The notes below the pieces were generated by a model. It was not told the DNA's origin and did no database searches. It was given only the letters and a program-made list of their open reading frames with translations. This document shows positions 52,341-64,000 of a stretch of DNA of 64,000 bases, one piece after another. The position numbers and the translations under genes were made by a program. The first letter of the stretch is position 1; each line of letters begins with the position of its first letter. The DNA is from an uncultured Nitrososphaerales archaeon (GTDB taxonomy: Archaea > Thermoproteota > Nitrososphaeria > Nitrososphaerales > Nitrososphaeraceae), in NCBI GenBank assembly GCA_963713605.1, contig CAVQMO010000001.1, positions 960,001 to 1,024,000 of the forward strand, given 5' to 3'.

Positions 52341-53423
52341 CTAGTCGTCTTTCTTATCTTTGAAATACGGTATGACCTTGTTTCCAAACATCTCAATGTT
52401 CTTGAAATAGCCATCGCCCCAGAAGCGTATAATAAAATGGTTAGTTCCGGCTTTGATGAACCTTTCAAGCATTTCTATTACTTCATCTGGTCTGCCCACT
52501 CCGATAGCCGACCTTGCAACACTGTCAGGAATTTTGAGAGCTGCACGTTTCATCTGCTGCATTAATTCGGGTTTGTTCATAGCGTACTCTGTAAAATACC
52601 TTCGAAAGTCAAATTCAGAATCTTGTTCGAGATTATGGACTTTAAGCAGTTCTGGTTTATACAAACTAACTTTCACTGCATTCTTCATCTTATTCCATGC
52701 TTCTTCTCCATCTTCTGTGAAGTATATATCCACGTCGTTAGCGAACTGAAAATCGTCTAGACTCCTCTCGTGTTCCTTCGCCTTTTCTACAATTACCGAA
52801 GCGTGGTGTTTGAAAAGTTCAGGTGTATATCCGATAGGGATCCATCCATCTCCATAACGTGCACACATATCCAATGTCTTTGGTGCTCCAGCTGCAATGT
52901 AAATTGGTGGGCGAGGCTTACGAATGCTCTTTGTCTGGAGGCAGGCATTTATCAGCTTGTAGTAATTCCCATCATAGCTTACACGATTGTCTGGGTCGGA
53001 ATTGAACAATCTTTCGATGACCTCTAGCTGCTCCCTGAATTTTGTCACAGGTTTCTCAAAGTCAATGCCGAAGTCTACCACGTTCTGAGCTTCGCCCGCT
53101 CCTATTCCTAGCATTGAGCGCCCTTTTGTAATCCTATCAAGGGTAATAGTGGATAGTGCAATTGTCGAAGGATGCCTCCTTATAGCATCAGTGACACAAG
53201 TGCCAAGCTCGACATTCTGAGTCACTGCCCCTATTGCCGACAGCATCAACCAGGCGTCATTAACGACCGCGTTCTTCCACTGAGGAACGTTGGAATGATC
53301 CATCATCCAAACGGAATCGTAATTCATTCTGTCCGCCATTTGACAAGCAGTCATTATCTGAGTTTCGTCTAATCCTAGTCTTGCAACGTTTAGTCCTTGA
53401 GTAAATCCAAATTTTATCTTCAT
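52341..53423 (-). CDS. Luciferase-like (LLM) flavin-dependent oxidoreductase, probably F420-dependent
   Basis: WMMDH, RRHP, GRSMLGIGAG, PPIYIAA, DGW; cofE present in the same window. Confidence 0.88.
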   Translation of the reverse strand: MKIKFGFTQGLNVARLGLDETQIMTACQMADRMNYDSVWMMDHSNVPQWKNAVVNDAWLMLSAIGAVTQNVELGTCVTDAIRRHPSTIALSTITLDRITKGRSMLGIGAGEAQNVVDFGIDFEKPVTKFREQLEVIERLFNSDPDNRVSYDGNYYKLINACLQTKSIRKPRPPIYIAAGAPKTLDMCARYGDGWIPIGYTPELFKHHASVIVEKAKEHERSLDDFQFANDVDIYFTEDGEEAWNKMKNAVKVSLYKPELLKVHNLEQDSEFDFRRYFTEYAMNKPELMQQMKRAALKIPDSVARSAIGVGRPDEVIEMLERFIKAGTNHFIIRFWGDGYFKNIEMFGNKVIPYFKDKKDD

Positions 53424-53588
53424 TTATGATAATATTCCCCCTTCTAATTCAAAATTTTGGATATGCATATCGTTAGTAGATCCACTAAGCACATGTATTT
53501 AAAAATATTCAAAGCCCTGCTCAGGTAAATCGATTAGTTTCAAAATAACCTTTAAATAATAAAAAAGTTGTTTTTCCTTATCCTCAAA

Positions 53589-53996
53589 ATGTTGCTGCCT
53601 TCAGAAATAGAAGCAAAGTCTCTCATTCCTGCGGTCAGAGCTATTCTAGCAAGAAAACTAACTGGAGAATATGCCATGAAGGAAGAGGTTGTTGCAAAAG
53701 TTCTAGGGGTAACGCAGGCGGCGGTCAGTAATTATGTTCGTGGAACTCGAGGAGACACAGAATTAATGTCTAAACTTAGCCTAGTGGATCAAATAATTGA
53801 AATGATCGATGATATAGCGCGAGATTTGGCATCAAATAAAGCATATACACCTTACACTATGTCGAAATTTATTGAACTCTGCAACTATATTCGTCACTCA
53901 TTAATTATATGTGATATACATCACAATATTGAATCCAACATAGATGAAGGAGTCTGCCAACTCTGTAAGGGAAACTTAATGTCAGGTAGGTTTTAG
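53589..53996 (+). CDS. Archaeal HTH transcriptional regulator with C-terminal Cys/His cluster
   Basis: PSEI...IPAVRAILA...AKVLGVTQAAVSNY; C...CDIH...CQLC. Confidence 0.85.
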   Translation: MLLPSEIEAKSLIPAVRAILARKLTGEYAMKEEVVAKVLGVTQAAVSNYVRGTRGDTELMSKLSLVDQIIEMIDDIARDLASNKAYTPYTMSKFIELCNYIRHSLIICDIHHNIESNIDEGVCQLCKGNLMSGRF

Positions 53997-54017
53997 CTTA
54001 TGGTTGGGAACTCATCA

Positions 54018-55301
54018 TCATTCTACACTTCGCCTTAAAATCTTTGTAACGAATGGTAGTATTTCAATCCCTTTCATTGATCCTCTGCTCCCTCGCAGAG
54101 ATTCTTTTTCTGTAAATCTATTACTATCGTCTTTTTCAACACCTCCGCCGGTGAACAATACGGGGATAGGATCATCTGTATGCGCCTTTCTTATGCAAGG
54201 TGTCGAGTGGTCGCCTGAAACAATTAGCATTGTTTTTGATACGTCCACATTTTTTAATAAAGTGCCGAAGAAAAGGTTGTCTATTTGTTCTATGCACATT
54301 TTCTTTCCATTTGCATCACCATCATGACCAAATTCATCCGGGCCTTTGATATGTACATATACAATATCCCATTTCTTAATTTGTTCTATACACTTCCTTG
54401 CCTTTTCCTGATACGCGTTAATGTCACCACCCGTTGTGTAGTGCATCCCTGTGATTCTTGATATTCCAACCTCCACTGGCATATCGACCACGGAACCAAA
54501 CTCTAAGCCATACCGCTTTGAAATTGGTTCAATCGAGGGTAAATGATTTCCAGAATCTCGCAACAAAATCGCATTCATCGGCTTCAATCCTTTAGCTGTT
54601 CGACGACTATTTACAGGGTGGTTGGCCAATATTTGCACTACTTGTCTGCTGAATTCATTGATTGCCTGTGCTGAGGTGGCTGCAGACTCACTTTCCTCCT
54701 CCGGTACACTGTCTTGAATCTTCAGGCTTGTGCTATCTCTGGATATTCCTATCCCATTAATCCGATCATATGCAGGATTTGTGTTCGATACCTTAGACGA
54801 GAGTCTAAGAGAAGGATGGCTGAATTTAACGATTACTCGATGCCCTACGCTTGGCTGTAGTGTGACGTTGATATTGTGAGTAATCTTCAGACATTCTTCC
54901 AGTGTCCTGCATATCTCCAGGGCTTCATCGTGTTCAATAATTCTCCCTGCCCTCCTATCGATTATATTCCCTTGCTCGTCAACAGTCGCAAAGTTTCCCC
55001 TTAGGACGAGGTCACCATCCTTAAAATCCATTCCCATGCCCAGTGCTTCTATGATACCACGTCCTGGATATCCAACATCCTTAAAATCGTATCCTAGCAT
55101 GTTAAAAACTGCAATGTCGGATTGGGGGGCAATCCCTTTCCCTACACTTACCACACTTCCCAAACAGCCATTGGAAGTCAACTGGTCTAAATTGGGTGTT
55201 CGCGCTGCTTCTAGCGGAGTAAGTCCTCCAAGTAAAGGATGTGGCAAATCACCCAAGCCATCTAATAAGACATAGATGGCTTTTGAAGAAGCTGGATTCA
55301 A
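54018..55301 (-). CDS. apgM: 2,3-bisphosphoglycerate-independent phosphoglycerate mutase (archaeal)
   Basis: LDGLGD, TPLEAA, DRRAGR, KGPDEFGHDG, GDHSTP, HTDDP. Confidence 0.93.
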   Translation of the reverse strand: MNPASSKAIYVLLDGLGDLPHPLLGGLTPLEAARTPNLDQLTSNGCLGSVVSVGKGIAPQSDIAVFNMLGYDFKDVGYPGRGIIEALGMGMDFKDGDLVLRGNFATVDEQGNIIDRRAGRIIEHDEALEICRTLEECLKITHNINVTLQPSVGHRVIVKFSHPSLRLSSKVSNTNPAYDRINGIGISRDSTSLKIQDSVPEEESESAATSAQAINEFSRQVVQILANHPVNSRRTAKGLKPMNAILLRDSGNHLPSIEPISKRYGLEFGSVVDMPVEVGISRITGMHYTTGGDINAYQEKARKCIEQIKKWDIVYVHIKGPDEFGHDGDANGKKMCIEQIDNLFFGTLLKNVDVSKTMLIVSGDHSTPCIRKAHTDDPIPVLFTGGGVEKDDSNRFTEKESLRGSRGSMKGIEILPFVTKILRRSVE

Positions 55302-55440
55302 TCCTTAAGAACTATATCGAACCAGATTTATTCTTATTGCGCGATAATCATCTGAGGGAAAATATTAAATACATTAAATACAGCAATGGCCGCCTTTTGA
55401 ATAGGGACAATTCTTTGACCTACTTATTATAAGTGCTCGA

Positions 55441-56811
55441 ATGCAATATCTTGTTGCGTTGAAGGTAGCATTGACAATCGCAGGAAGCGACTCTGGAGGA
55501 GGAGCTGGAATACAGTCTGATATCAAGACCTTTTCTGCACTGGGCATTTTTGGTTGCTCAGTAGTTACAGCAATAACATCACAGAATACGTTTGAATTGA
55601 GAAATATATACCCTATTCCTGCTAAGATAGTTTCCGATCAGTTAAGGGCGATTCTATCTGACTTTAAACTGGGCGCCATTAAGATCGGAATGGTATATAA
55701 TGCCGAGATAATGGAAGAGGTATACAAAAAACTTAAGAATGCCAAAATTCCAATAGTTGTAGATCCGATCCTCTCTACTGGAACAGGATATAGCTTGATT
55801 TTCGAAAATGACCTCGAGTATTTTAAGGAATCTATTATTCCCATGTCGTATTTACTTACTCCTAACCTGCCTGAGGCGGAAGCTATTTCTGGAATAAAAA
55901 TTAGATCCACTAATACATTAATCGATGCAGCCAATGCGCTTTTGGATATGGGGGCAACTAATGTGTTGATCAAAGGTGGGCATTCTAATATAACTAGAGA
56001 TATTACAGATTTCCTTCTTACCCAAGATAGACAAGTAGTTAGATTAAGAAAGGAACGAATAGAAATCAATCCGTTACATGGCTTGGGGTGCAACTTCTCA
56101 GCTGCCATAACTGCCGAGCTCGCAAAACAAATTCCGTTAAAGCATGCTTGTCACCTAGCGAATGATTATGTATTCTCAGGCATCACCAATTCGATACACG
56201 TAGGAAAAGGATCTGCAGTAGTTGATCCCTTTTTATTTCTCTATTCGAATTCAGATAAATTCCTCGTCATAAAAGACCTGGATACAGCTGTAACTAATAT
56301 TGAATCAATTGAAAATTTTGGTTCCTTAATACCTGAGACATCGTCCAACATAGCATATGCCATCTCTTGCCCTACAGGGCTATCAGACGTTGCGGCGGTG
56401 GAGGGAAGAATTGCGAAAGTAGGCAATCGAGCGAAGGCCGTGGGACGTATTCATTTCGGAGCATCGAAGCACGTGGGTTCATCGGTCATAAGTTATATGA
56501 AAGTACACCCCCACATTCGTTCTGCCATCAATTTGCGATATGATGAGAAGATTCTTGCGATTTGCAAAAAAAATTTCAAAGTAGCATCATATGATAGGCA
56601 TGCCGAACCTCGGGACAGGAAAGTTACGGAGGGAATGTCCATCCCCTGGGGAATTGAAACGGGATTACGAATGAATCCAAATGCGGACGTCATCTATCAT
56701 TTAGGAGATATGGGAAAAGAAGCAATGATTTTAGTATTTGATAAAAATCCGTCTAGCTTGGTAGGAAAGGTTAACAATATCCTTATCGAGTTCCTTAACC
56801 AATCCTCATGA
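55441..56811 (+). CDS. thiDN: Bifunctional HMP(P) kinase / thiamine-phosphate synthase ThiDN
   Basis: [25 protein letters not shown]-terminal ThiN (IPETSSN, FGASKH, GKEAMI). Confidence 0.93.
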   Translation: MQYLVALKVALTIAGSDSGGGAGIQSDIKTFSALGIFGCSVVTAITSQNTFELRNIYPIPAKIVSDQLRAILSDFKLGAIKIGMVYNAEIMEEVYKKLKNAKIPIVVDPILSTGTGYSLIFENDLEYFKESIIPMSYLLTPNLPEAEAISGIKIRSTNTLIDAANALLDMGATNVLIKGGHSNITRDITDFLLTQDRQVVRLRKERIEINPLHGLGCNFSAAITAELAKQIPLKHACHLANDYVFSGITNSIHVGKGSAVVDPFLFLYSNSDKFLVIKDLDTAVTNIESIENFGSLIPETSSNIAYAISCPTGLSDVAAVEGRIAKVGNRAKAVGRIHFGASKHVGSSVISYMKVHPHIRSAINLRYDEKILAICKKNFKVASYDRHAEPRDRKVTEGMSIPWGIETGLRMNPNADVIYHLGDMGKEAMILVFDKNPSSLVGKVNNILIEFLNQSS

Positions 56812-56878
56812 CCTGTGGATTATTTTTATGAGCACAGATTGTTAAGTATATACATGACTTATGAAGTGAAGAGATGCT

Positions 56879-57595
56879 GTGAAGGCCGTTATATTGGCAG
56901 GCGGGCTCGGTACCAGACTGCAACCGTACACCTTTTTCATTCCAAAGCCTATGCTGCCTTTGGGCAACAAGCCACTTCTCGAGCATATCATCTCTTGGTT
57001 GACAAACAGAAGCGCCAACAGGATTGATCATGTTGTGATATGTGTAAGCTATCTACATAGAACTATAGAAGATTACTTTGAAGATGGTAGACGATTTGGA
57101 TTGAAGATAGATTATGCTAGAGCAGATAGACCTTTAGCAACGGCTGGCCAGTTAAAGACTGCTGAAAAATTCCTTGAAGACGAGACGTTTGTTTGCCTCT
57201 ATGGCGACTCCATTTATGAATTCGATATTCATAGAATGATTCGCGAACACAGGAAGTCGAAGGCGTTTTTGTCAATGGCTCTGCTTCGCTACAGGACTAA
57301 CCTGAAATACGGAGTAATAGAAGTAGCAGGCAAATCCAATAGAGTATCTTCATGGAAAGAAAAACCTGAAATTACTGGTCTGATAAACATCGGTTGTTAC
57401 GTTATTGAACCAGAATTCTTTAAGCTTGTACCTAAATCCAGTGCATACGGAATGGATGAAGCAGTGAAAAAAGCCCTGGAGGATAAAAAAATAGTTCGAG
57501 GATTCACGATAGATTCAGGTTTTGTAGATATTGGAGATAAGAAGACCTATCTCGATGAGTATAAAAAATTCGTCAAAAAACTGGGAAAAATATGA
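56879..57595 (+). CDS. Sugar-phosphate nucleotidyltransferase
   Basis: ILAGGLGTRL.P...PKPM, YGD, EKP, DIG. Confidence 0.9.
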   Translation: MKAVILAGGLGTRLQPYTFFIPKPMLPLGNKPLLEHIISWLTNRSANRIDHVVICVSYLHRTIEDYFEDGRRFGLKIDYARADRPLATAGQLKTAEKFLEDETFVCLYGDSIYEFDIHRMIREHRKSKAFLSMALLRYRTNLKYGVIEVAGKSNRVSSWKEKPEITGLINIGCYVIEPEFFKLVPKSSAYGMDEAVKKALEDKKIVRGFTIDSGFVDIGDKKTYLDEYKKFVKKLGKI

Positions 57596-57885
57596 GCAAC
57601 CAGATGAACATTCTCTAATTTAAGAAAGAGGGATTCTGAAAGTATTGTCGGGCTTTAGTTCTAAACCTTGGAATACTTCATAAGTCTCAGCTTCTCCAAA
57701 CATCCCATCTGTTAGATACTTAATATTGTTTGAAAGGGAGTGAATCTAGACCTATAGATAGACTATTATCTCATAAGTAAAGCTTTATTATTAATAGACA
57801 ATTAGCAATCTCGGGTAGCCGGCTAGGGTGTTCTCACTTTCGATACTATATTAATTTCCAAGCAAAACTGGGACATGAAACAGCA

Positions 57886-58338
57886 TTATTTTTCATAATC
57901 TCTTGCATGTCTGACCCTACTTTGCGGAGCAATTTTGGCAATATAGGCACCCAAAGTTAGTACGCCTATTCCAGCTGCTACAAAAATTTTTGGCGCATAA
58001 TCCAACCCTATTGTTTTGAATTGAATATCAATATCTTGTATCATAGTATCAGCAATCCACATACCCACTATGAGCAGGAATCCTGTCAAAATTAGAATCA
58101 ATCCGGCAAAGGCATTTCTACTTCGGAAAGACAGGCCGAACACCACGCCTGCCAAAATAAGGCTAGGTGCCCCTGAAATTGAGATGGTTTGTGCAAGCAG
58201 TGCTCCCGGGTCGACATCTACATTCGGGCCTTCCCCTTCTGGTCCAACTAAGAATGCATAAAACGAGATCATCATTGATACAAAAAGCCCACCTATTGCT
58301 AAGGCCCCAATAGAGGTCCAGCTTTCTAACTTCGCCAT
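57886..58338 (-). CDS. Four-TM hypothetical membrane protein
   Basis: Four hydrophobic segments; ATG at 58338. Confidence 0.75.
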   Translation of the reverse strand: MAKLESWTSIGALAIGGLFVSMMISFYAFLVGPEGEGPNVDVDPGALLAQTISISGAPSLILAGVVFGLSFRSRNAFAGLILILTGFLLIVGMWIADTMIQDIDIQFKTIGLDYAPKIFVAAGIGVLTLGAYIAKIAPQSRVRHARDYEK

Positions 58339-58363
58339 GTATCGACCAACAACTACAGCAGAG

Positions 58364-59390
58364 TCAGGTAATACCCACAAGTTCTGCCAATTCTTTCCTA
58401 CAGGTCTGCTCCAAGTGTTTCAGCCCCTTTTTCAGGTCCAATCCTATTCACATAAACACCATATCCTCGCTCAAGACCGGACCAAGTGTGGAGCTGCGGA
58501 TAAACTTCTATGTGCCAGTGAATTTGTCTGCTATTTTTCTTTTCAGGCGAAAGATGAAACACTAGATTAAAGGGAATATTGTTAAGCGCTCTTGACAACC
58601 CTCCCAGTGTAGCTCTCAGGATCATCGCTAGTCCGCTTATTTCCTTTTGACTGATCTTAGAAAATGTCGTCATGTGTTTCTTTGGATAAATCCAGAATTC
58701 ATATGGGTAACTTGAGGCCCAGGGACAGAATGCAAGATAAGTATCAGTAGATAATATCTGTCTTGGCCCTTCTGATTCAACGCCAAGTGTTATACAGGCT
58801 GGACAATTTCCGTTTTCGTTCATGAACTTGTGAGCCGCCTCCGCTTCAATCTCTATAACTGGAGGTATAGTGGACAATGTCAGGAGATTCAAATGTGGAT
58901 GGGACGAAGCAGCCCCTGCTGCCATCCCGTCATTGACGTATATGGATACGTAAGTCACTCCCTTTTGAGTGTACAACCATCTCACTCTATCCTGAATAAC
59001 AAGCAGGACATTGGTCCACTGCTCAATCGATATCGAAGACAAATTCGCATTGTGATCAGGTGAGGCTACTACAATCTGATGATAGCCGTAAGCTGGTTCA
59101 CTATAGTGTGGCTTATCTGTGTAATCTACGGCCTCCAAAGTTGTGACAGACGGATTGCTGCTCTGAAACACACGAACGCACCATTCTTCAATTGGACTTT
59201 CCTCAGTATCAGATAACCGCTTAAGTATCCCGTCCTTAGCCACAAGAGCCAAGGTAGCGCGCTCCGTCATTAATTCATTGCCAGGACAGAATGGACAACC
59301 AGACTGTAAATCTGCGTTAGCCGCGTTTTTCATCTGATACGGAAGAATTACAAACTTTTCAAGAACATAGTCTTTTCTTAAATTACCCAC
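58364..59390 (-). CDS. Galactose-1-phosphate uridylyltransferase-like (GalT/HIT superfamily) protein (indel near 3' end)
   Basis: CPFCPGNE, HPH, CPAC, HWHIEVYP, GLERG; tail CRKELAELVGIT* in shifted frame. Confidence 0.85.
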
Positions 59391-59544
59391 TTACTTCGCC
59401 CTGCCCCTTAAAACGAGGCTAACCTTTTAAATAAAGCTTCTGCAAGCCCAGAGCATAGGCTTTATAATCCAATAACTCCTTGTCCGACTGATATTGCATA
59501 ATATTTCAGTCCAAAACCCACGACCTATTGATCCAAAGAATCAA

Positions 59545-61378
59545 CTACTCAACTGATTTGCTTAAGAATATCTTAATTTCCTGTCCTGAAAGGAAAGCAC
59601 TTATCAGTTTTTTGCCGCTTAGCTGATTTCTTGTCGATCTTCACCCTTGCTTTCTTACCAACTTGGCTATTCAGAACAAAATCATCTTCTACATAGATGT
59701 CGATTGCTTTTCCGACGGCACTGTCGCTGGTCAGAAAAGTGATTGCAGAACCAGCTTCCACAATATCAAATTCGATTTGCTTACCTAAGGCCGGTGTTTT
59801 TGCCTCTACATCGATACCCACCCCGAGAATATTCTCCAATTCGTTTATTGTCGATCCTCCTTTGCCAATCAATCGAGGAATTACCTCCTTATCCACCCTG
59901 ACTTGAATTCTTTTCTCCGACATGATTTTAACTTCTGCTCCCGGATCAAATCTCCTAATTGTATCCTTGATCTGTGCCGCGGCCAGTTTTTTAATAGCAT
60001 CATGTTGAGTCTCCGGTCTCTCCAAACTACCAACATGAACTACTACATTTTCCTCACCGTATGTATAAATTTCATATTCTACTTCCTGTGTTTCAAAATC
60101 CTTGATCTCGACAAGAGGTCTCGCGAGGTCAGGTTCCGACATCCCAGATGGGACCCTAACAGTGAGAGAGATGTCAAACACCTTATTCACTGTTCCATTC
60201 TTGATGAAAATAATCGTGTCTATAATATGAGGGATCATTCCAAGTTCAATTCTTCCTATGAAACGCTGAATTGCATCTAGCGAAGAGGGAGCATGAAGAA
60301 CCCCTATCATTCCGACACCTGCAAGTCTCATGTCTGAAAATACTTCAAAATCTGCCTTCCTTCTGACTTCGTCAAACACTGTATAATCTGGCCTTACTAA
60401 AAGAAGGATATCTACTGCGTTATCAAAACTACCTTCCAAAGGTCCGTATTGTGTAATCTCTTTTTTAACCTGCAAATCTCTCGGAGATTCAAATGTTTTT
60501 ACAATTTTGCTTCTATCAACATAATATTCAGCCAAGCTGCTCGCGAAAGTGCTCTTCCCCGAACCTGGAGGTCCAGCAATCACTATACCTTCAGCTGCTT
60601 CATCTAGCCTATGCTGTAGCTTGCCCGAAAGCTCGATAATCCTGGATTCGGAGCTTCACAATGGGCTTCACCACAGTTATTTCCATGCCATCAGAAAATG
60701 GTGGCCTCGTTACTGCAATTCTGTAGTTTCCATACTGATATACAGTAGCTCCATTTAGGCTAACTTCAACCGTTCCTATTTCTGGATTTCTGCATAGCTC
60801 TGAAATTTCCCTCACAATTGACATTAGTTCATTCCTCTTTGATGGTTTGTCTTCTAGGGTCTCGAGGTGAAAGTTCCCCGGGATACCTCTCTTAGCGACG
60901 GGCAGAACACCTTCTTTCATGTGCACACTCATTGTATGTTCGTCAAAGTACTCTTCAAAGCCCAGTGAAGAGGAGCTGACTGAATACGACGAGGGATGTG
61001 CCAAGTCCGAATACCATAAGCTTCTGCGACCTGAGATTGCACGTAATCTGCAGTCACTAGTGTGGCCTCCTCGATTAAGGCCAACTCGTTGATTATTGCA
61101 TCAATTCGCCCTCGAGTCGCCAAACTAATATCATCGACAGAGGGTCTCTCACCTACAAACTTCAATTCTACATTCAAAGTCTTGCATATACTTCTAATCT
61201 TCTTAATTTCATTCAAACCAATGAAGCCGTACTCCTTATTTGTAGACGCTTGAGATTGCAATTCGTCTAGTACTGCGACTGGGATGATGATGATAGAAAA
61301 GTCAGAACTCTTAGATCTTTCAAGTATTCTAGTAAATTCGCCATCTATTATTGCACTAGTGTCTAGTAATATCTTCAT
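59545..61378 (-). CDS. PINA-type PIN domain + VirB11-like ATPase + KH domain protein (apparent frameshifts)
   Basis: LLDTS PIN domain, GPPGSGKST, ESPRDL, LLVRPDY..FDEVR, KH motif IGKGG. Confidence 0.92.
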
Positions 61379-61516
61379 AATAACAGAACCAATCCTTAGT
61401 GAAATAAGGTACATCGTGATGTATTATTATTACGTTCGGTAGGGGAACACACAAGGAAGAAATAATGTCCGATCGATGCGAAAGACTCTTTAAAAAGTTA
61501 GGCGATTTTAGCGATA

Positions 61517-62275
61517 ATGAAGCTTAAGGGCAAGGTAGCGGTAATTACAGGTGCTGCTGGTGGAGTCGGGAAAGCAACCGTCAAAAGGCTTGCGTCTGAA
61601 GGGTGTAAAGTTGTACCGATTGGAAGGAATAGGAAAAGTCTCGATAAAGTTGCTGAAGTGATTCAGGAGAAGAAAAACGTCCTTGCAATTAAAGCAGATC
61701 TTACAAGAGAAGGTGAAGTGATTAGCGCAGCGGAGCAAACAGTATCTAAATTTGAAACAATCGACATTCTGGTTAATAACGCTGGGATAATCAGTGATCC
61801 AACTCCATTTCACCTGATGACTGAGGAACAATGGAACTTGCTTATTAACACGAATCTATTTGGGACTTTTAGAATGACAAAGGCTGTACTTCCATTCATG
61901 CTCAAGAATAAGAGTGGTAGTATTGTCAACATATCCTCTTTGCTGGGAATCAGGGCAATTCCCAACGTACCATTGTCCATATATGGTGTAACGAAAGCAG
62001 GCATAATCATGCTAACCAAAAGTATTGCCGTTGAGTATGGACCGTTTGGTATCAGGTGCAATTGTGTTGTTCCGTCCACCATACAAAGCCCAATTATAGA
62101 TCCTTACTTACAAGATGAAAATGCCCGAAAGTTACTTGAAACTTCGTTCCCTCTGAGGAAGATAGGAACACCAGAGGACATATCAGGGACTGTATCATAT
62201 TTGTGTTCTGGAGATGCAAAATGGGTAACCGGTAGTATTATTACCGTTGACGGGGGGATCTCAGCAAAACAGTAA
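61517..62275 (+). CDS. Short-chain dehydrogenase/reductase (FabG-like)
   Basis: TGAAGGVG, NNAG, YGVTK, VDGG. Confidence 0.93.
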   Translation: MKLKGKVAVITGAAGGVGKATVKRLASEGCKVVPIGRNRKSLDKVAEVIQEKKNVLAIKADLTREGEVISAAEQTVSKFETIDILVNNAGIISDPTPFHLMTEEQWNLLINTNLFGTFRMTKAVLPFMLKNKSGSIVNISSLLGIRAIPNVPLSIYGVTKAGIIMLTKSIAVEYGPFGIRCNCVVPSTIQSPIIDPYLQDENARKLLETSFPLRKIGTPEDISGTVSYLCSGDAKWVTGSIITVDGGISAKQ

Positions 62276-62778
62276 TAGCTGATATTCGCTGATATTCAGA
62301 AATTGATAAGACTTTCCTTACTAAAGGGGGCATCGAATCGGTCATGTTTTGTTTGCTCATATATTTGCAAGTAGTAGCCTCTTTCTCCATTTTCGTACTT
62401 TTGGGATGATCGTATCCATGATTAGCTTGATGAAGATTTTGTATATCAGGATCGAAGGATAGCAATAGCACGTAGTATAAGGTGCTGTTCGCATCCGCAA
62501 TAGGAATTGTTGCTCTTGCAAGACGTTCGAATCGGGAACTCGCGTAGTGGATTCGTCCTAGATGGTATTCCCAGCGTAATCTAGTGGTACTGTCTCGTAG
62601 CTGCTGTGATTGCATACTGTGCTCTTTCTTCATCCGAAAGCAAAGGCTTTAGATCTTGACGCTGTGAGACGGCGAGGAGCTTTCCCTCTTTATCCGATAT
62701 GCCGGCAAACCGGATGGAATCATTTAATGAAATCACTTCATCGCATACCTTTTGAAACAAGTTAGTTTTACGTTTCAT
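62241..62778 (-). CDS. Roadblock/longin-like hypothetical protein (apparent frameshifts; 3' end uncertain)
   Basis: IRFAGISDKEGKLL...LKPLLS.EE; continuation LGRIHYASSRFERLARATIP...LLLSFD. Confidence 0.65.
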
Positions 62779-62895
62779 GCCAATAAAAAGGAGCTTTCCG
62801 CGTAATTTGAATTTATCAAATTAAGCCCATCAGTTCATTTTGGAAATTAACACTACCGTTTATTAGTACAACTATTGTCATGATTTAGCATTCCA

Positions 62896-64000
62896 TTGCA
62901 CAATACTACACGAATCTTTCCTCAAAGTCGACCGTCAATTGGAATAATCGGGGGCGGTCAGCTGAGGAAAAATGATTGCACAGGAAGCAAAACGTATGTC
63001 ACTCAAAGTGCATATTCTGGATCCAGATCCAGAATGTCCTGCGTCTTCATTAGCGGATGAGCTGTTTGTAGCCGATTTCAGGGACGAAAATGCTATAAGA
63101 AAGCTCTCGGAGCATGTTGATGTACTGAACTGTACGAAATAGAACTGGCAGATTCGGACGTCCTTATCGATTCTGAGTCGTGCCAAAAAGGCTATCCATC
63201 CCGCTCCCGAGACTCTCAAAATAATTCAAAACAAATTTAGACAAAAGATTTTTCTACAAGAAAAAAATCTGCCTGTGCCCAAGTTTGCATTATTAGACGA
63301 TATTGCCCCTGGCACAAATACAGTCTTTGATCGATTCCCACTAATATTGAAAGCATGCGAAAACTCGTATGATGGAAGAGGGAACCGACTAATTTACAAT
63401 GAGGAAGATATTACAAATGCGGCGAATGAGAAGAGCGTTGAAAAGTGGATGGTAGAGGAATTCATACATTTCAGGAAGGAACTATCCGTCATGGTAGCAA
63501 GAAATGAATCCGGCCAGGTCTCCTCTTTTCCTGTGGCCGAGAACAAACACTCTGACAGCATTCTGGATACCACTCTGGCCCCTGCAAGGATATCCGAGCG
63601 CACAGAAGGGATGGCTCGAGGTATAGCAGAGAGGACAGTAGATTTCTTAAAGGGTTCTGGTATATTTTGTGTTGAGATGTTCCTAAGGTCAGACGGAGAG
63701 ATCCTGAATTAATGAAATTGCCCCGCGACCTCACAATTCAGGACATTATAGTATTGAAGGTTGCTCTATATCTCAGTTTGAGACAGCATATTAGAGCAAT
63801 TTTGAACCTGCCGCTTCCAAAACCTCGACTTAGGTCACCGACAGTAATGGTCAATATTTTAGGACCTAATGCATTTGAAGGGGAGTACGTATATGGATGG
63901 TTTGAATGAGCTCTCTAAGCATAGAAGGGCTGAAATTGCATTTGTATGGCAAACGTGTTTCAAAGCCAAGGAGAAAGCTTGGACATGTAACGATAACAGC
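62896..64000 (+). CDS. purK: N5-CAIR synthase PurK (ATP-grasp; multiple apparent frameshifts; runs off window)
   Basis: IGIIGGGQL, YDGRGN, EEFI, NEIAPRPHNSGH, SQFE, LHLYGK..RRKLGHV. Confidence 0.93.

Noticed and set aside
159..63734. Numerous 60-170 aa antisense or overlapping track ORFs (e.g. 32533..33048, 33657..34088, 55638..56108)
   Set aside because: Fully nested opposite well-supported genes and without motifs; treated as shadow ORFs.
1..64000. CRISPR array, IS elements or rRNA
   Set aside because: No regularly spaced direct repeats, transposase motifs or rRNA-like sequence seen by eye.

Overview
Core-genome segment of an ammonia-oxidising-type archaeon (Nitrososphaerota/Thaumarchaeota, probably Nitrososphaeraceae-like). 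This placement is inferred from the thaumarchaeosortase, the split methylmalonyl-CoA mutase/epimerase/MeaB of the 3HP/4HB cycle, F420 genes, aRF1, Rpo12, SRP19, Gar1, PINA and intron-containing tRNAs. The window holds about 65 housekeeping CDSs (shikimate/aromatic, branched-chain, purine, pyrimidine, thiamine, cysteine, aminoacyl-tRNA synthetases, proteasome) and two divergent tRNAs: Asp-GUC with a non-canonical D-loop intron and Lys-UUU with a canonical intron. About 20 genes, including essential ones, are broken by single-base indels; these most likely reflect an unpolished long-read consensus rather than pseudogenes. I saw no mobile element or CRISPR array. The most notable items are: (1) a stand-alone MORC-like GHKL ATPase, fragmented in the ORF track, directly upstream of a proteasome beta gene; (2) a set of tiny CxxC zinc-finger ORFs, four of them absent from the ORF track; (3) an in-frame UGA inside the release factor aRF1 gene; (4) a serB-cofE-tusA-cysM run suggesting a persulfide-fed cysteine pathway; (5) a Trm112-like methyltransferase fusion. 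All product calls come from motif recognition by eye; no database searches were run.
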